Assembly (NCBI RefSeq): GCF_009914755.1
Contig: NC_060947.1
Reading direction: 5' to 3' (one strand)
Length of the DNA: 64,000 nucleotides
Source of the DNA: the human T2T-CHM13v2.0 reference genome, Homo sapiens
Shown: positions 15,834-33,828 of the stretch, piece by piece
How the letters are laid out: each line of letters starts with the position of its first letter
How positions within the stretch are numbered: position 1 is the stretch's first letter
Notes under the pieces: generated by a model
What the model saw: only the letters and a program-made list of their open reading frames with translations
Databases searched by the model: none
What the model was told of the DNA's origin: nothing
Program-made: the position numbers and the translations under genes

Positions 15834-17399
15834 ATATAAGTGGCAATTAAAGATTGTAACCATCTTTCATGTGCAATAGCTCATTTAATCTTTGTAGTCA
15901 TCCCTGGGAAAGTTTTATTATTATGCTGTGTTACATAGAGGTTAAATGACTTGCCCAAGTTCACACAGCTGGGACAGTGGTATATCCCAGATTAGAACTC
16001 AGTATTCCTGCCTCCCTGTGCCTGTATCTTTTTACCATTCACACTAGTTCCAACCACCACAAGCTTTTTCCCATGATCATGTTGGTATCTTATTTTTCTC
16101 ATGGATTTTGACAGAGACCATTCCTGATCCAAGCCTCTTACATGGCCACATATTAGTACTTACAAGAGGAAAGGGCCACCTGCCCAAGATCCAGGCTCTG
16201 CTGCATCTATCATCATGGCTTCTTGAAAGGGATTGCAGTGTGACCATGCCCTAAAACCAAAGTGCCTAGAACTGATTTACCAGCTGAGGTAACCATAGAC
16301 CAGAAGACCAACCTTGGGCAACATATCCCATTTACCTTGACATGGAGGAGGTCTGCTGGTGCCATTGAAGCCTGGAAAATTTGGCTCATCATAGCACACC
16401 AGCTCAGCATGGATATTGTTTGAAGAAAGCAGACAGCTTCAGGGTCAGTAGCAGCTTCTTCTGACTACAGCATGGAGGGAATGTGGTGACTTAAGAAGAC
16501 CTTGGATTTCACTAGTACTAGTTCTACTGGGAGTTCACTGGCTCTCCACTTTGCCAGTAAGAATTCATTAAACTTTCCTAGATTTCTTCCTATCAAGAGG
16601 CAGGGAGATGATCAGTATGATTCTAGGCTAGATCTGTATTTCAGAAAGGAGGCCCAGCTCGAAGTGTATGAATACCCTAGAGCTGTTACCCAACATGACA
16701 TATGCAGGTATAAAATTTCATTTGCTGGAATGCAGAGTCAAGCCTCCAGCCTTGTGCAGCTTTTAGTGCTATTCTGTTATTCTGAGGCTACAATAAAACC
16801 TAGCAGCCTGCAAAAGACCTAGCAGTGTTGTTATTATCCTTCATGCACCTTTGTGCATTTTATTTGACCCTTCAGTGATCTGAATGAGGATGTGTTTGCT
16901 GGTTGGCAAGGGTGAAGAGAGGCTTCAAGGAAGGGAAACTCTAAGACTTTGAGTCTACAGGATGTTGGCTTGGAATGGAGACGCCAATCGTAAGGGCCAG
17001 CAAGTGGCTTTCCCCAAAGCAGCTCACATGTGTTGCTAGCACCTTTCTGAACTTGTCAAAGCCAACCTTTTGAGATAAGTCATCAAAATGATGGCATGCA
17101 GCCAGGTTCTCAGGTATATGACATGTTGTGTCCCTTGTACCACCTTTTAAGTCCAGAGCCATTATATTCATCATCCACCCTAATGGGTAGAATGTCTGGA
17201 TAGTTAGGACAAATATGTTTTGCTGTATACTTCATGAAGATTTATCTCACTTCTGGGCCTTTGTGCATCCTGTCTGGAATACCCATTATCTTTCTTGCTT
17301 GATAAATTCTGAATCATCTTTTGAAGCCCAACTCAGAAGTTATTTTATTCAATAAGTATTCGCTGAGTTTAGACTCTGGTTTTGATCCTACACTTGTGT

Positions 17400-18200
17400 A
17401 CAAGGACAGCTCTCCCTCACGGTTCTTAGTCTAGTGGGAGACTGCAATAAAACATGGTGAGTGTTGGGGTAGTGAGAGCAATACAGAGTGTAATAGAAGC
17501 ACACAACATGGCAAAGCATCCAGTCTGGAAGGACACAGGCCTGAGAGATGTGACTTTTTAGGTGAGAGCTTGGGGGTGAGCAGACATCAGCCAGTGAAGG
17601 CAAGGAGAAAACGAACTTGCTAGACTGAGGAAACACCCTGCATAAAGTCCATAAGTTATATTGGGACTTGATGTGCAGTTGATGTGGTTGATGAAATGTG
17701 AGTGAGAGGCAGGCATTGTGAAAACAGGAGGCTGAGGAGTGAACAGGACCATGTCACACAAAACTTTGAAGGTGAAGGCTAGAGTTTGAATTTTAGTCTA
17801 TGTGCAGCATGCCATTGGAGGGTATTCAACAGGCAAGTGAATGATCTAGTTTACTATTTAAAAGGATAGCTCTGTAGTGTTCCGGTGAGAGATCATGATG
17901 GAGCCTTGGACTGGGGTACAGGTAGTAGAAGTAGGGCTAATATGGGATTTAAGTTGGAGGCTGAGCTTTCAAGATTTTCAGATGTACTAGATGTAAGGAT
18001 GGGAGAGAGAGGCTAAGAATACCTCATAGGGTTTTGGCCTGAGCATCTGGGTGAGTGACGTTCTGATTTATTGACAAAATAATGACCAAGGGAAGAACTG
18101 TGAGGGTGGAGGAATCAAGAGTACTGTTTTGAACTTGTCAAAAAATTTGATGTGAAAGAACTAAGCTAGAGGTATTCATTTGGCAGTCATCAGCATAAAG
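17400..18200. mobile_element. Degraded L2
   Basis: 'gtttactatttaaaaggatagctct', 'ggtttttggcctgagcatctggg' L2 motifs. Confidence 0.65.
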
Positions 18201-18204
18201 GAGA

Positions 18205-19000
18205 TGTGGTGGAGTTTTAAATTATTATCTATCTATCTATTTATTTATTTATTTTTATAGATGGAGTCATGATCTGTCCCAGGCTGAAGTACAGTGGCAC
18301 GATCATAGCTCACTGCAGCCTCAAAGGCCTGGGCTCAACGGATCCTTCCTCCTCAGCCTCTTGAATAGCAGATTTTATACACATCTGCAAAGTCTTTGGC
18401 CCTATCCACCCTTCCTCTTGACTCTGCACTGGCCTTAGGCACACTGCATGACTTTCCAGGCTGGGCCAATAAAAGCCATGCAGCTTCCATTTGGTTCTCT
18501 TTGGTTGCTTGTTCATCCCTCTGGAGATGTTTCTTATGAGAACCCAGAAGCCATGCTATAAGAAGCCACAAGGAGAGGCCATGTATAGAAACTCCAGTCA
18601 ACAGTTCCAGATGAACCTGTCCTTCAACACTCAGAGCCAAGCTGCCAGACATGTGAGTGAAAGCCCCTATCCCCCAATGTGGAACTCAGAACCTCCTTTA
18701 TCTTCTCAGTTGAAGACTCAAATTTTGTCCTACTGAATAAGACTGGAGCTAGGCAACTAATACTCCTACATCTTACTACAGAATCCATCCCTTTTCACAC
18801 GGAGCTGGGAAGCATATCCTCCATCCCCAGATGTTCTAGTCAATTAAGTCACCTTCTACTTGTTTGAGTCTTCCCGTCTATGACCCTAGGCATCATGGAT
18901 CAGAGACAGGCCATCCCTGCGGTGCACTGTCCTATCGGTACAATAAATGTGGTTGTTTTATTTTGGGATAATTTGTTACCCAACAAAAGTTAATGGTAGT
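18205..19000 (+). mobile_element. MLT1 (H-like) LTR interrupted by a partial AluJ at about 18240-18369
   Basis: 'gccatgctataagaagccaca..ggagaggccatgt', 'ccagacatgtgagtga', terminal 'ggataatttgttac'; Alu arm 'cacgatcatagctcactgcagcctc'. Confidence 0.6.
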
Positions 19001-20297
19001 ATGTGCTAATTGAAGCCATTAGGACAGATGAGAGCACTCAGTGAGAGTGTGGAGAGTGAAAAGAGAACAGGGAAGACACTGGAGGGAACCCCAGCCTTTA
19101 AGGGATGAGAGAAGTTGAAAAGGAAAAACATGAGAAACGGAAAGGTAGCAGAGAAAAAAAGCAGGGATATCAGGAGACTATGGTGCTATGGAAACCAGAA
19201 AGAGGCATTTTCAAGAATAAAATAGTTTTCAACAGTGTCAAATGCTGACAGGTCAAATAAGATAACTGAAAACTGCCCTTAGGTTTTAGTAACAAGGGCA
19301 GTGGTGACTCAGCAAGAAGAGCTTCACTGAGAGCAGATAACAAAATTAGAATTCTTTGAGAAGAGAGGAGCAGAGATGAAGAACAAAAGGAGAGGCTGGG
19401 CCTTAGACAGAAGGGAAACCACTTTTTCCAGTGACAGCAGAGAAGGGAGAGGTTGTGAATGTAGATCCCAAGGGCTCAGTCTGTTTGTCATGTGTAGGGA
19501 CTTCCCTTCTAAGAATTGCTGTTCTTCCCTGAGCTGAAACTTTGGAGAAAAAAAAGGGGGGGAATGTCTGTTTTGTTTCTGCTCTTTGCTCTCAGTTTGC
19601 CTGTGGGCCCCCTTCCCGGCACCAGCACCCCCTTAATCTCCTCAATTTAGGATCCAACTTTTCCCATGCTAGAACTGGAGTTGGGGCACTAATGATCCTG
19701 TGTCACATCAAGGGAGACCCTGCCACATGGAGCTGAGGGCAAAGATCTGAGTGTGGGATAGGGGTGGGGAGGCTGGGGAGATCACTGTTAGACCTGAGAG
19801 TTTAAACCTTGTATTTTCAGGTTTAGTCTCCTAGTTGTCCTTACTTGGTGTACGATCAAATTCCTTTGAAGTTGCCAACTCTTCCAAGTTGTGTAACAGG
19901 GAACCAAAAGATGGGGTCGTGTTCCTGGAATGGGAACTGTTGCCAAAGGGAAAATAGTAAGCCATGGAGAAGAGAAATCCTTTAGAATTACAATGAAAAT
20001 ACATTGCTCTATTTCCTGGGAGTGGGTGAATTTAGCAGAAGAAGCAATACAGCTTTTTCATAATATTTCATATTGGGCAATGAGACCCTCGAGTCAATCA
20101 AAGCTATGTTTTCACACGAGTTTTACTTTGGATCATTGTAATACATTTCTTGCTCTGGGGGTACCTTTCTTCCATCTTTTTCCAATGGTTGTTAAGAAGC
20201 AGAAAGTAATGGTGGCATGAGATTGGGGGTGAAAGCCAAAAACATAGTACTGTCTGTGTTAGGCAAAGAGTGACCAAAGAAAGTTCTGCAGACCAAG

Positions 20298-22291
20298 TAC
20301 AATTCAGAAAGGGTTTAATAAACAGCAGCTAAACATTGCACCAAAGCATTTGGAAACACAATTTCTACAGAGAGGCAAAGATCAGGCTTCCATTCTAAGT
20401 TCCTTAAGACAACCATTAACAGCCCCGCCCTCCCACCCCCCATATCCCCACATATCCACAAGACTACACTCTTCTAGTCATGAATTTACCTACAGACACA
20501 GTCTTAGGAATAATGGGACGGGCATGCATTATCCCAGCAATGGCAAGGAAGCAGGGGACGGGGAAAGGATGGATGAAAAGGCAACCAGCAGCTAATGATA
20601 CACCCCTTAGGAGCTTTGTTCAGCCGGTGGGCAGGGAGAATCTGCTTGTGGTGCCCTCTGTGGCTTTACCCTGGGCTTCTAGGATACTCTGGACTAGTGC
20701 AGGTATTCAGAGCCAAAGTGGCTGGGGCTGCCATCATAAACAGTCTCATTCTCTTGGGCTGAGACTATTAAAAGTGATCTTCTTGGGTGACACATTGTGA
20801 CTTTCTAAAAACCTTTTTGGTGCCCAACCAAGTTCCACTAGTGACCCAGAAGGCCCGCTGAGATTGTGCTGATTCTGAGGTCACGGTGGACCTGGCTTCT
20901 CAGTCCTTTATTTTGGCCTTTGGAAAGGGGCGCACGATAGCTCTTTATTAAAGACACTTGTAAGGAGCCTAGGCAAATCATTCAAACTTCTGGGATTCAG
21001 TTTATCTACCTTATAAAAATTGCGTATTTATGCCTGTGTCTTTTACTCACATTAAGATTAAGAACAAATGGCCTCTAAATAATATATTATAAAATTGGCA
21101 ATAAAGTTAATGATCTAGTTGACTCAATATTGACTAGAGATATTTATTTGTATGAATTTCCAATTCACCCCTCATAGAATCGGCATCAACAGAGGACCGG
21201 AGGTTCCCGATATGGTGGGAGAAAAGTGCCTGGGCCAGGGTGTGGAATGTGGAGTGTATGGAAGGAAGAATTTGACTTTCATCTGCCAGTAGCCTTCTCT
21301 TTTGAGCCAGACTTCAATCCTCAACTACCATCCACTCCAAACCTCTTACCCAATCCAGTATAGGCTAGTTGCCTTGGCAGGGAGGTGACTTTTGTATCTC
21401 TCCCATATTTTAAAAAAATGTTTTTTTTAAATCTAGATCACTTTGTTTCTATTTGCAACTTTTCGATATAAATAAAAAATGCTTGATCATTTTTTCCTGA
21501 AAAGTTTACAGGTGGTAATGAGTCCAAATTAAGTAGTGCTCAGTTGGCTACAAGGGTGCCAAAGGCAGTGGGGGAAGAAGATTTTCTGGAGGAGAGATGT
21601 ACCAAGGAGGGGACTATTTTCCCGAGGGGCTGGACATGGCAGGGCACCAGCCATCTTGGTGCCAGGCTGGCAGAGCTAGTTCTATTTATTTTGGCCATAC
21701 ATGGTAGACGGTGGTTAGTACCAATTGTCCCCACTAATTTCCAAACCAATAAATGGGTTGGGGGTGTAGAACTGGCTCCCACCTTTGCTATCAGTACTTA
21801 TGCCTAGTAGGCCTTGCTGAAGGCAGGGGAGGTGGCACGCAGGATCACATGGCCTAGCCTAACCTGGCTGCCTAGTAAGTTAGAGTCATCTGATCTAGAT
21901 GGGAGTCAACAATTCTCCTTGTTCTGGGCCTCTCAAACAGCCAAGGCTTCCACTATGGAGAGTAGAATCTCTTGTTCTTTTTGCAGCGGGCAGAGTGCAA
22001 TAAAATACATGCAGTGCCCTCAGCTAGGGGAGATTGGCAGACTAAGATGAGCAACTGGACAAATGGCAGTGTTTGGCTTTGATGGGGTTATACTGGGCAA
22101 TATTGGAGGGACAAGTAATTTTTCTGTAGTTATTTTTTGCGTAGAGATTCATAAATATGAATTGAGGGTCACAGCTTGGTAGAGGGGTAAAAAGGAGAAT
22201 CCTGAAATACGCGAAGGGGAGCCCCGGGGTTTGGGTGCCTGGATGCTTCACGGGGTATACAGTGCTCTGGTTGCTGCACTGCCACCACTAT
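20298..22291 (-). other. GABRA3: GABRA3 3' UTR (end approximate)
   Basis: Repeat-free sequence following the TAG; several AATAAA/ATTAAA hexamers on the minus strand. Confidence 0.65.
20314..20319 (-). terminator. GABRA3: Probable distal polyadenylation signal (ATTAAA) of GABRA3
   Basis: ATTAAA on the minus strand followed by a U/GU-rich tract (ctttctttggtcactctttg); about 2 kb past the stop codon. Confidence 0.6.
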
Positions 22292-22627
<336 letters not shown>

Positions 22628-22849
22628 CTAGAGGCCAGGAAAAAGAGGGGGGGAAAGGGAGAAAAAAGCAAAGCTAATTAATTCATTACACAGAGAACCT
22701 TCAGAGGCTGCAGGGAGGAGGAGCCATGAGGGAAGTTAAGGCACAGGGGCCATGTAGCCAATAGCACTAGTAACCAGGTTTGTGTCAAGGAATAACTGAA
22801 GATGAGTATGAAAAGAGAAAACGTGCATCATCCTGGCTCACGAGCTATG

Positions 22850-22965
22850 TCGCTTTGGCTAAGTCACTTTTCCTCTTCATGCCTCAGTTTCTTCATCTGT
22901 AAAATGAGGATCAAAATAATTTTCAGGATTGTTGAGAGGATCAGATAAGAGAATGGAGCTAGAAA
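22850..22965 (+). mobile_element. MIR
   Basis: 'aagtcactt...gcctcagtttcttcatctgtaaaatgagg'. Confidence 0.75.
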
Positions 22966-24379
22966 TCGCCAATAAACTGTGGAATGTTGGTCACATGTGG
23001 AATCTTATACATCATGTGATTCGATCCTCAGAGCAACCCCTATGAGGTAGGTGGATGAGATTACTCCCATTTGACAGATGAGAAAACTCAGCCTCAGACT
23101 AAGTGGCAGAGCCTAACTTGCAATCTGGGTAAGAGATTTTTATCTAGGGCTACACTGTGCTGCTTTCTATAGGCCCCGGACACTTTTTGGTTACCCAAGA
23201 AATAACTCCAGAAGGCCGTGACCATCAAGTGGCACATCTCCTGTGAGGAAGAGAGCTTGGTGAGTCTGAAAAGTCATTTTGTCATAAAGACAATACATAC
23301 CATGGCATGTTGACATGCATCATTACAACAGCTTCCCACCCTTCATGCAGTGTAACTGTTCAGCAAGCTCAGGAGCGGGCCAAGGCTTTCCACAGAGCTA
23401 TGTAAAAGACTCTCTGACATAGCAAAGGCAGAGATAGATGCGGAGTTGCTATGTCACTGCCCTTTGGGCTTATTTTTAAGAGTGAAAGAAACTCAAACAC
23501 CCAGTGGGAAGCAAGCACACACACATGCCAATTTGCTCTCATATATATGAACTTGTGTATACAGAGAGCCTCACTGGGCCTCCCCTGATGCAGAAGAGAG
23601 AAGAGGAGACAATGCTTAGGCCTGGATACAAACTGAGAAGCTGAAGAACAGGAGAGGCCAGGGAAGGAGGCCAACCCCAGCCCCAGGCCAAATGCAGTGG
23701 CCTAGCTCATAGTCTATAGATGGTTTGTTGCCTCATTCCTCACTCTGGCCTTTTCTTCCATCCCAGTTTGGCTCTAGGGAAAAGTGGGTATAGATGAGCT
23801 TCAGAAATGCCCTAATTTCACATACCTCATGAGTGCATTCTTGATGTTACTTTGCTTCCCAGAACCCAGGCTTCACTTCTTTATTCCTTCACTTCCTACT
23901 TGTTTTCTTTGTGTGTTTCTCTATTTCCATCCTCTCTTGCTGACCCCTATCTCCTCATCTCTTCATATATCCTTTCTTCTTAACTTCAGAGTCCCCATCA
24001 TTCTTATTTTTTCTCCTTTAGACGTCACTGCCATTTACTATAGTGATCCTAATAACTTTTGCCCAATATTTACTGAATGCGTACTGGGCCAAGAACTATG
24101 CTAGGTACTTAGAGATAAATGGAAAGGGTAAAACATGAGTCCCTGTCTTCCAGGAGCTCACACTCGGGTGTGGGAGAAAGCCTTTTAAGCACACGATTGC
24201 CATTGAACGTGATCAGACTTCTCAAAGATCTGGGCCAAGTACTATGGGAAATCAGTCAAAGGAGGGACAAAGTACCTGCAGGCATTGGAAAAGGTGGCTC
24301 AGAGAAGGCAATGAAGTTTATGCTCTGGGTCACAAAAGATGAGCATGCGGCAAAGGCCAGTACACAGGCCAAGGACACT

Positions 24380-24716
<337 letters not shown>

Positions 24717-26164
24717 TAGCTGGGCCACAGCGTGCATGGCAAAGAGTTGCAGAAACTGAGGCTGTGTAAAACAGGCAGCAGCAAGACCTTGAAAGGCCTT
24801 ATATGCTATGCTCTCTTGCTTTGTCTGCTTATTTTGGCCTCAGTGTTTTCAGTCATGGACGGGAAGTGCGACAGATGAGAGGATGTTGGTTTACGTAAAT
24901 TGAACAGTCTGACTAATAGGATATTTTGAAAGCAATATTCTTTCTCCCTGGGGATTGCAATCACATTGTTACAAGTGGAAGGGGGACAGAACTCTAAGGT
25001 TTCTAAAAACCTTGTAAATTATTTAAATACTACATGGGACTCACTTATAATTAGCAAATTCATTGTGTGAATAGAGCCCTGCTGCTAAATGTCTTTGCTA
25101 TTAAATAAAAGGGTGCTTTGCTTGTTTGCAAACTTGCTTATTAATTTGCTTAGTAAACTCTTTTTTCATGGGTAGACCAAAAATTATAGGAAAGAAAGAA
25201 AAGAAAAAAGAAAGGAAAGAAAATATTGCCCTGACTTTTCTAGAAGCTTTTATATATGTTACTTCACTTAGCCATCTTATAAACTGGCTATGACTAAGTC
25301 TCTGAAACAGTGATTCTGAACAATGAATACTTTTTTTTAGCTCCATAGGCACTTTATGTTCTATAGATGGGGAGAAGCAGCAATCACGTTAATCACAGAT
25401 TTTTTAAGTAGTAAGGGAAAATTACCTTTTAATTTCTTCCACCATTTTCAACATGACACATTTTAATCAGCCACTACAATTTTTTACCTAAATCATTAAA
25501 GAAGGAAATCAAAGCAAAATTTGAGTGTCAAGAAAATAGGAAAATGAGCCATAGATTAATGGTAATATTTACCCATTTCTACACCTAGTTTTCCAGTAAT
25601 TCTCCTTGATAGATACAGACTGAGATGACTTAACTTTGACCGAATTGTCATAATATTCCTACCCCCTAGCCAAGTATCTGGCTCTTAGGCAAATGATGGA
25701 TGTTTACTGAATGAAAAAATACCCACCATTGAAGATTATCAATGTGATTTATTGTTTGTTTCCCCTGAGTCTTGACCTTTGCTGCATAAATAGCATGTCT
25801 CCAAAGTTCAGCCTAGGGCAATTTCCTAACCAAAAAGTGGAAATTGACTTCTCCAAATTTCCCAAGGAGTTTGAATCCAGAACAGGAACGCCTTTCCTTC
25901 TAAAAATCTATTTCATGTGGGTTTTGTGATGAGGCAATGAAAACTTTTATAGAGAAATGCATGTCCCACTCAAGAGTCTTCCTCCGATGATACTCCTGTC
26001 AATTGTCTCTAAAGGTGAAGCTCAACTAGAACCTCAGAGTATATACTTACATGGTCCAGTGCCTCTGTGTCAACCCCCTTGCAGGTGCTCAGCTTTTCTG
26101 AGCCCATTTCCAGAAGTGGGGCAAAACAATGGAATATATGCTATGTGGGACTCAAAGATGAATA

Positions 26165-27010
26165 AAACCAACAACAAAAACCCAAACAACTCAATTTAAA
26201 AATGGGCAAAGGACTTGAGTAGACATATCTCCAAAAAAGATTTACAAATGGCCAACAATCACATGAAAAGATGGTAAGCATCACTAATCAGAAATGCAAA
26301 TCAAAGCCATGAGACCCCACCTCACATTATGATGGGTACTACCAAAAAACCCCAGAAAATATCAAGTATTGGCAAGGATGTGGAGAAATTGAAACCCTTG
26401 TGCACTATTGGGAATGTAAAATGGTGCAACCACTATGGAAAATGTTGTGAGGGTTCCTCAAAAACTTACAAATAGAATCACTATATGATTCAGCAGTTCC
26501 ACTTCTGAGTATATATCCCCAAATTATAAGCAGGGTCTCAAAGAGATATTTGCATACCCATGTTCACACCTTCATTATTCCCAATAGCCAAATGGTGGAA
26601 GCAACCCAAGTGTCCATCGAGAGAACAATAAACAAAATGTGGTATATACACACAATGAATTCATTCCATTCACAATTCTTCAACCTCACAAAGGAAGGAA
26701 ATTCTGATATATACTACAACAGACATGAATCTTGAGGATGCTAAATGAAATAAGCCAGTCACAAAAGGATAACTGTTATGTGATTTTACTTCTATGACAT
26801 ATCTAGAGTAGCAAATTCATAGAGACAGAAAGTAGAATGGTGGGTGCTGGGGCTAGGGCAGAAAGGAATGGGGAGTTGTTGTTTAATGAATACAGAGGTC
26901 CAGTTTTGCAAGATGAAAAGGGTTCAGGAGACTGCACAGCAATGTGAATGTATTTAACAGGACTGAATTACACAATTCAAATTGATTAAGGTTATATATA
27001 TTTACGAGTA
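26165..27010 (+). mobile_element. L1MB-type 3' fragment
   Basis: Degraded ORF2 end (aaaatgggcaaaggacttga...) and 3' UTR 'aaattcatagagacagaaagtagaatggtg'. Confidence 0.85.
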
Positions 27011-27013
27011 TGT

Positions 27014-27015
<2 letters not shown>

Positions 27016-27046
<31 letters not shown>
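27016..27046. repeat. (CA)n microsatellite
   Basis: Direct observation. Confidence 0.95.
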
Positions 27047-27052
<6 letters not shown>

Positions 27053-27501
27053 CACATATATGATTAAATCAGAGACCCTGCCCTCAGGAAATCTAGTTTA
27101 GTGAGGAAGGTTAATTAAAATAAGAGAGAATTAAAATATACAGGAGAAAGCACAAATTAGAAACATTCAGAGGGGCATGAATAATGAAATCAAGGGAGTT
27201 CAAGAGAAGGAAGAATTTGGAACTGTCAGGTAAGTCAATGGAAAGGAGAGAAAATGCAGATGGAAGAAAAATAATCACTTGCACCACTTTCCTGTAAAGG
27301 CGGTGGGGGGGTGGGGGTTATCTAGAGCATAAGTGTGGAATTTCTCAGGTCCAGATCACAGCTGAGAAGGAAAGAATGGATGAGATTAGATACTATATTT
27401 TGGTGGAGAGAAAGGAGCACAGTAGGTTAAGGGAAATCTCATACAATGGCTTCTACATTCCCCATGAGGAAGGTTAAATAAATAGCAAAGATTTAAACTA
27501 G

Positions 27502-27833
<332 letters not shown>

Positions 27834-27839
27834 AATTTA

Positions 27840-29170
<1,331 letters not shown>

Positions 29171-29449
29171 TGCCTGGCTAATTTAAACTAGATTTTGTAG
29201 AATAAAGAAGACAGAACTAATTAGGGACAGAGAGTAACTGCAGGCATAGGTTGAAGGAACAGCAGAATTCAAAAATACACTCATAAATGTCACCAATCCA
29301 TCAATAGCAATGGATTTTTTTTTTTTTTCGGAGAGAAATAGAGGACTTGGACTGAAGTGACTAGGGAGGTCAAGAGTGCTGGTGAGTGACTGCAGTGATA
29401 CAGTGTGGGACCTATGCTGGATAGAGAAGCAAGGAAAACATAGGAAATC

Positions 29450-31500
<2,051 letters not shown>

Positions 31501-32297
31501 GAGGCGAGCCCTATGGAACATATGGCCTCATGTGTCCACAAATTTCATTACAAAACTCTTCTGATGTCAAGTAACAGTTCCAAAAACACTAACACAATTA
31601 GCTGACTTACTGTCACTGTTTTTCTGAAAAAAAAAAAAAATACAAAAAACAAAAACAAAACACTAGAACAAATATACAGGCAGTTAGATTGGTTCATTTC
31701 TGAAACCTTCACGTAGTGCTGGAAACAGTAGCAATGCCTGGTAAATGGGACAATCCAGACCTCATTTAATAGGCTCAATTCCAGTTTATGATGTCAGATG
31801 AGTCATCCAATTGAAAAACAAAGAGAGAACTTGGGGCAGTTGCAAATAAAGTGAACTGGTTGTAGAAATCCTACATATGAAATGAACACGGAGAGAATAC
31901 AATAATGTTGCTAAGTTGAGCAAGATGAAGAAAAATAGAGTGATAAAGCCAGATGAAGTGAACATCAAAGGACAAAACTTTTTGCATGAAGTAAAGGAGT
32001 AAACAGTGGCCTGGAAGCAGCAGGAGGGAATGGAGGAGTGGCTTCCACTTGCAAGGGCAGTAGATTTTTTAGGAAACAGTCAAGTACTCAGTAAGGTAAA
32101 CAACAAAATAGAGAGGAAGTATTTTGGATTTATCTCTCCTGTGACACTCAGCACTTTGTCCTATATCAGTGCTCTGTCTGTATATGTGTGTATATATATA
32201 TGGATATATGCCTTACTTTTCTTAGACCATCAGGTCCTGAGTACTGGGACCATGTAGTTTAGTTTTGCAAACCACAGGTATTCCAGAAATAATTGCC

Positions 32298-32346
32298 GTG
32301 TGTGCGTCTATGTGTGTGTGTGTGTGCGTGTGTGTGTGTGTGTGTT
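32298..32346. repeat. Imperfect (TG)n microsatellite
   Basis: Direct observation. Confidence 0.9.
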
Positions 32347-33488
32347 TCAATCGAGACTATGATTACTGCTAGGCCACTTATACCTACTGCAGAGCAAGGT
32401 AGGAAGACCACCAGTTTATGAGTAAAACTTAACCCATATTGAATGTTACTTACCCAACAAAGAAATACCAAGGGGTGATTTGATTTGTGGCTACAATTGC
32501 AGGAATGACCCATAGACTTAAAAGCCATTAAGGACAAGAAACTAAGCTTTTCCAAGATTTGAAGAGAATGTGAATGTTTTCTCCAATGTAAAAAAGATAA
32601 AATTTTATTCTAGAGCATTTGAAAATAAAAAAAGAAAGTCCAAGCATTACTATTTTTTGCAAAATTTATACAAGAAGTTATACAAATTTTATAAATGGTT
32701 CTAAGAATAATTTTCTTCTTTTTAAATGTTGAGATTTGTTTTTTCATTTAAATTTGCTTTTATTATTTTTAATGTTGAATAACTTAAAGTAGTAATGGAC
32801 ATAGTTTAAAAAATTGAAGTTGAAAACTTATGAAAATCAAGAAACCCTTACCCCAATGCACCCAAACCCATTGTCCAGCCCCTTGTAGGTATTTATTTTT
32901 AATTCTCTTAGGTGATAGTAATACTTCTAATAGTTATTTCTATACTTTTATACAATATATTTATACTGCTACCAGTTTTGCTTACTACCAATTGTCTTTT
33001 CATGATAAATGATTTATTTCACATATGTAACCCTTCCTGAATCCTCTAGTACAATTATAGCAAACTTTTTAGTTCTATCAATAACCAGTGGTGATAGCAT
33101 TATAAATGACTGTATAAATCCCTGTAGTAGCCATCTGCAAACTGGACTGGTTCCTTTGCAAATTTGCTTGCTGCACAGTTGTCACTTTAGTACTTCACTT
33201 TTTATAATTTTTATTTCTATTTATTCATTTTTAATTGACAAATGAAATTGCATGTATTTATCATGTACAAAATGATGTTTTGAAATAGGTGTACATTATG
33301 GAATGGCTATATTGGGCTAATTAACATATGCATTGCCTCACAGTTATCATTTTCTGTGGTAAGAACATTTAAAATCTACTCTTAGCAGTTTTCAAGAATA
33401 CAGAACATTGCTATTAACTACAGTCACTTGTTGTACGATAGGGTCTCTTGAACTTATTCTTCTCTAAGTAAAATTTTGTATTCTTTGA

Positions 33489-33828
<340 letters not shown>

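Noticed and set aside
19755-19778. G4 motif about 500 bp past the poly(A) site as a termination pause
   Set aside because: The G-rich strand is the template, not the nascent RNA; no other support
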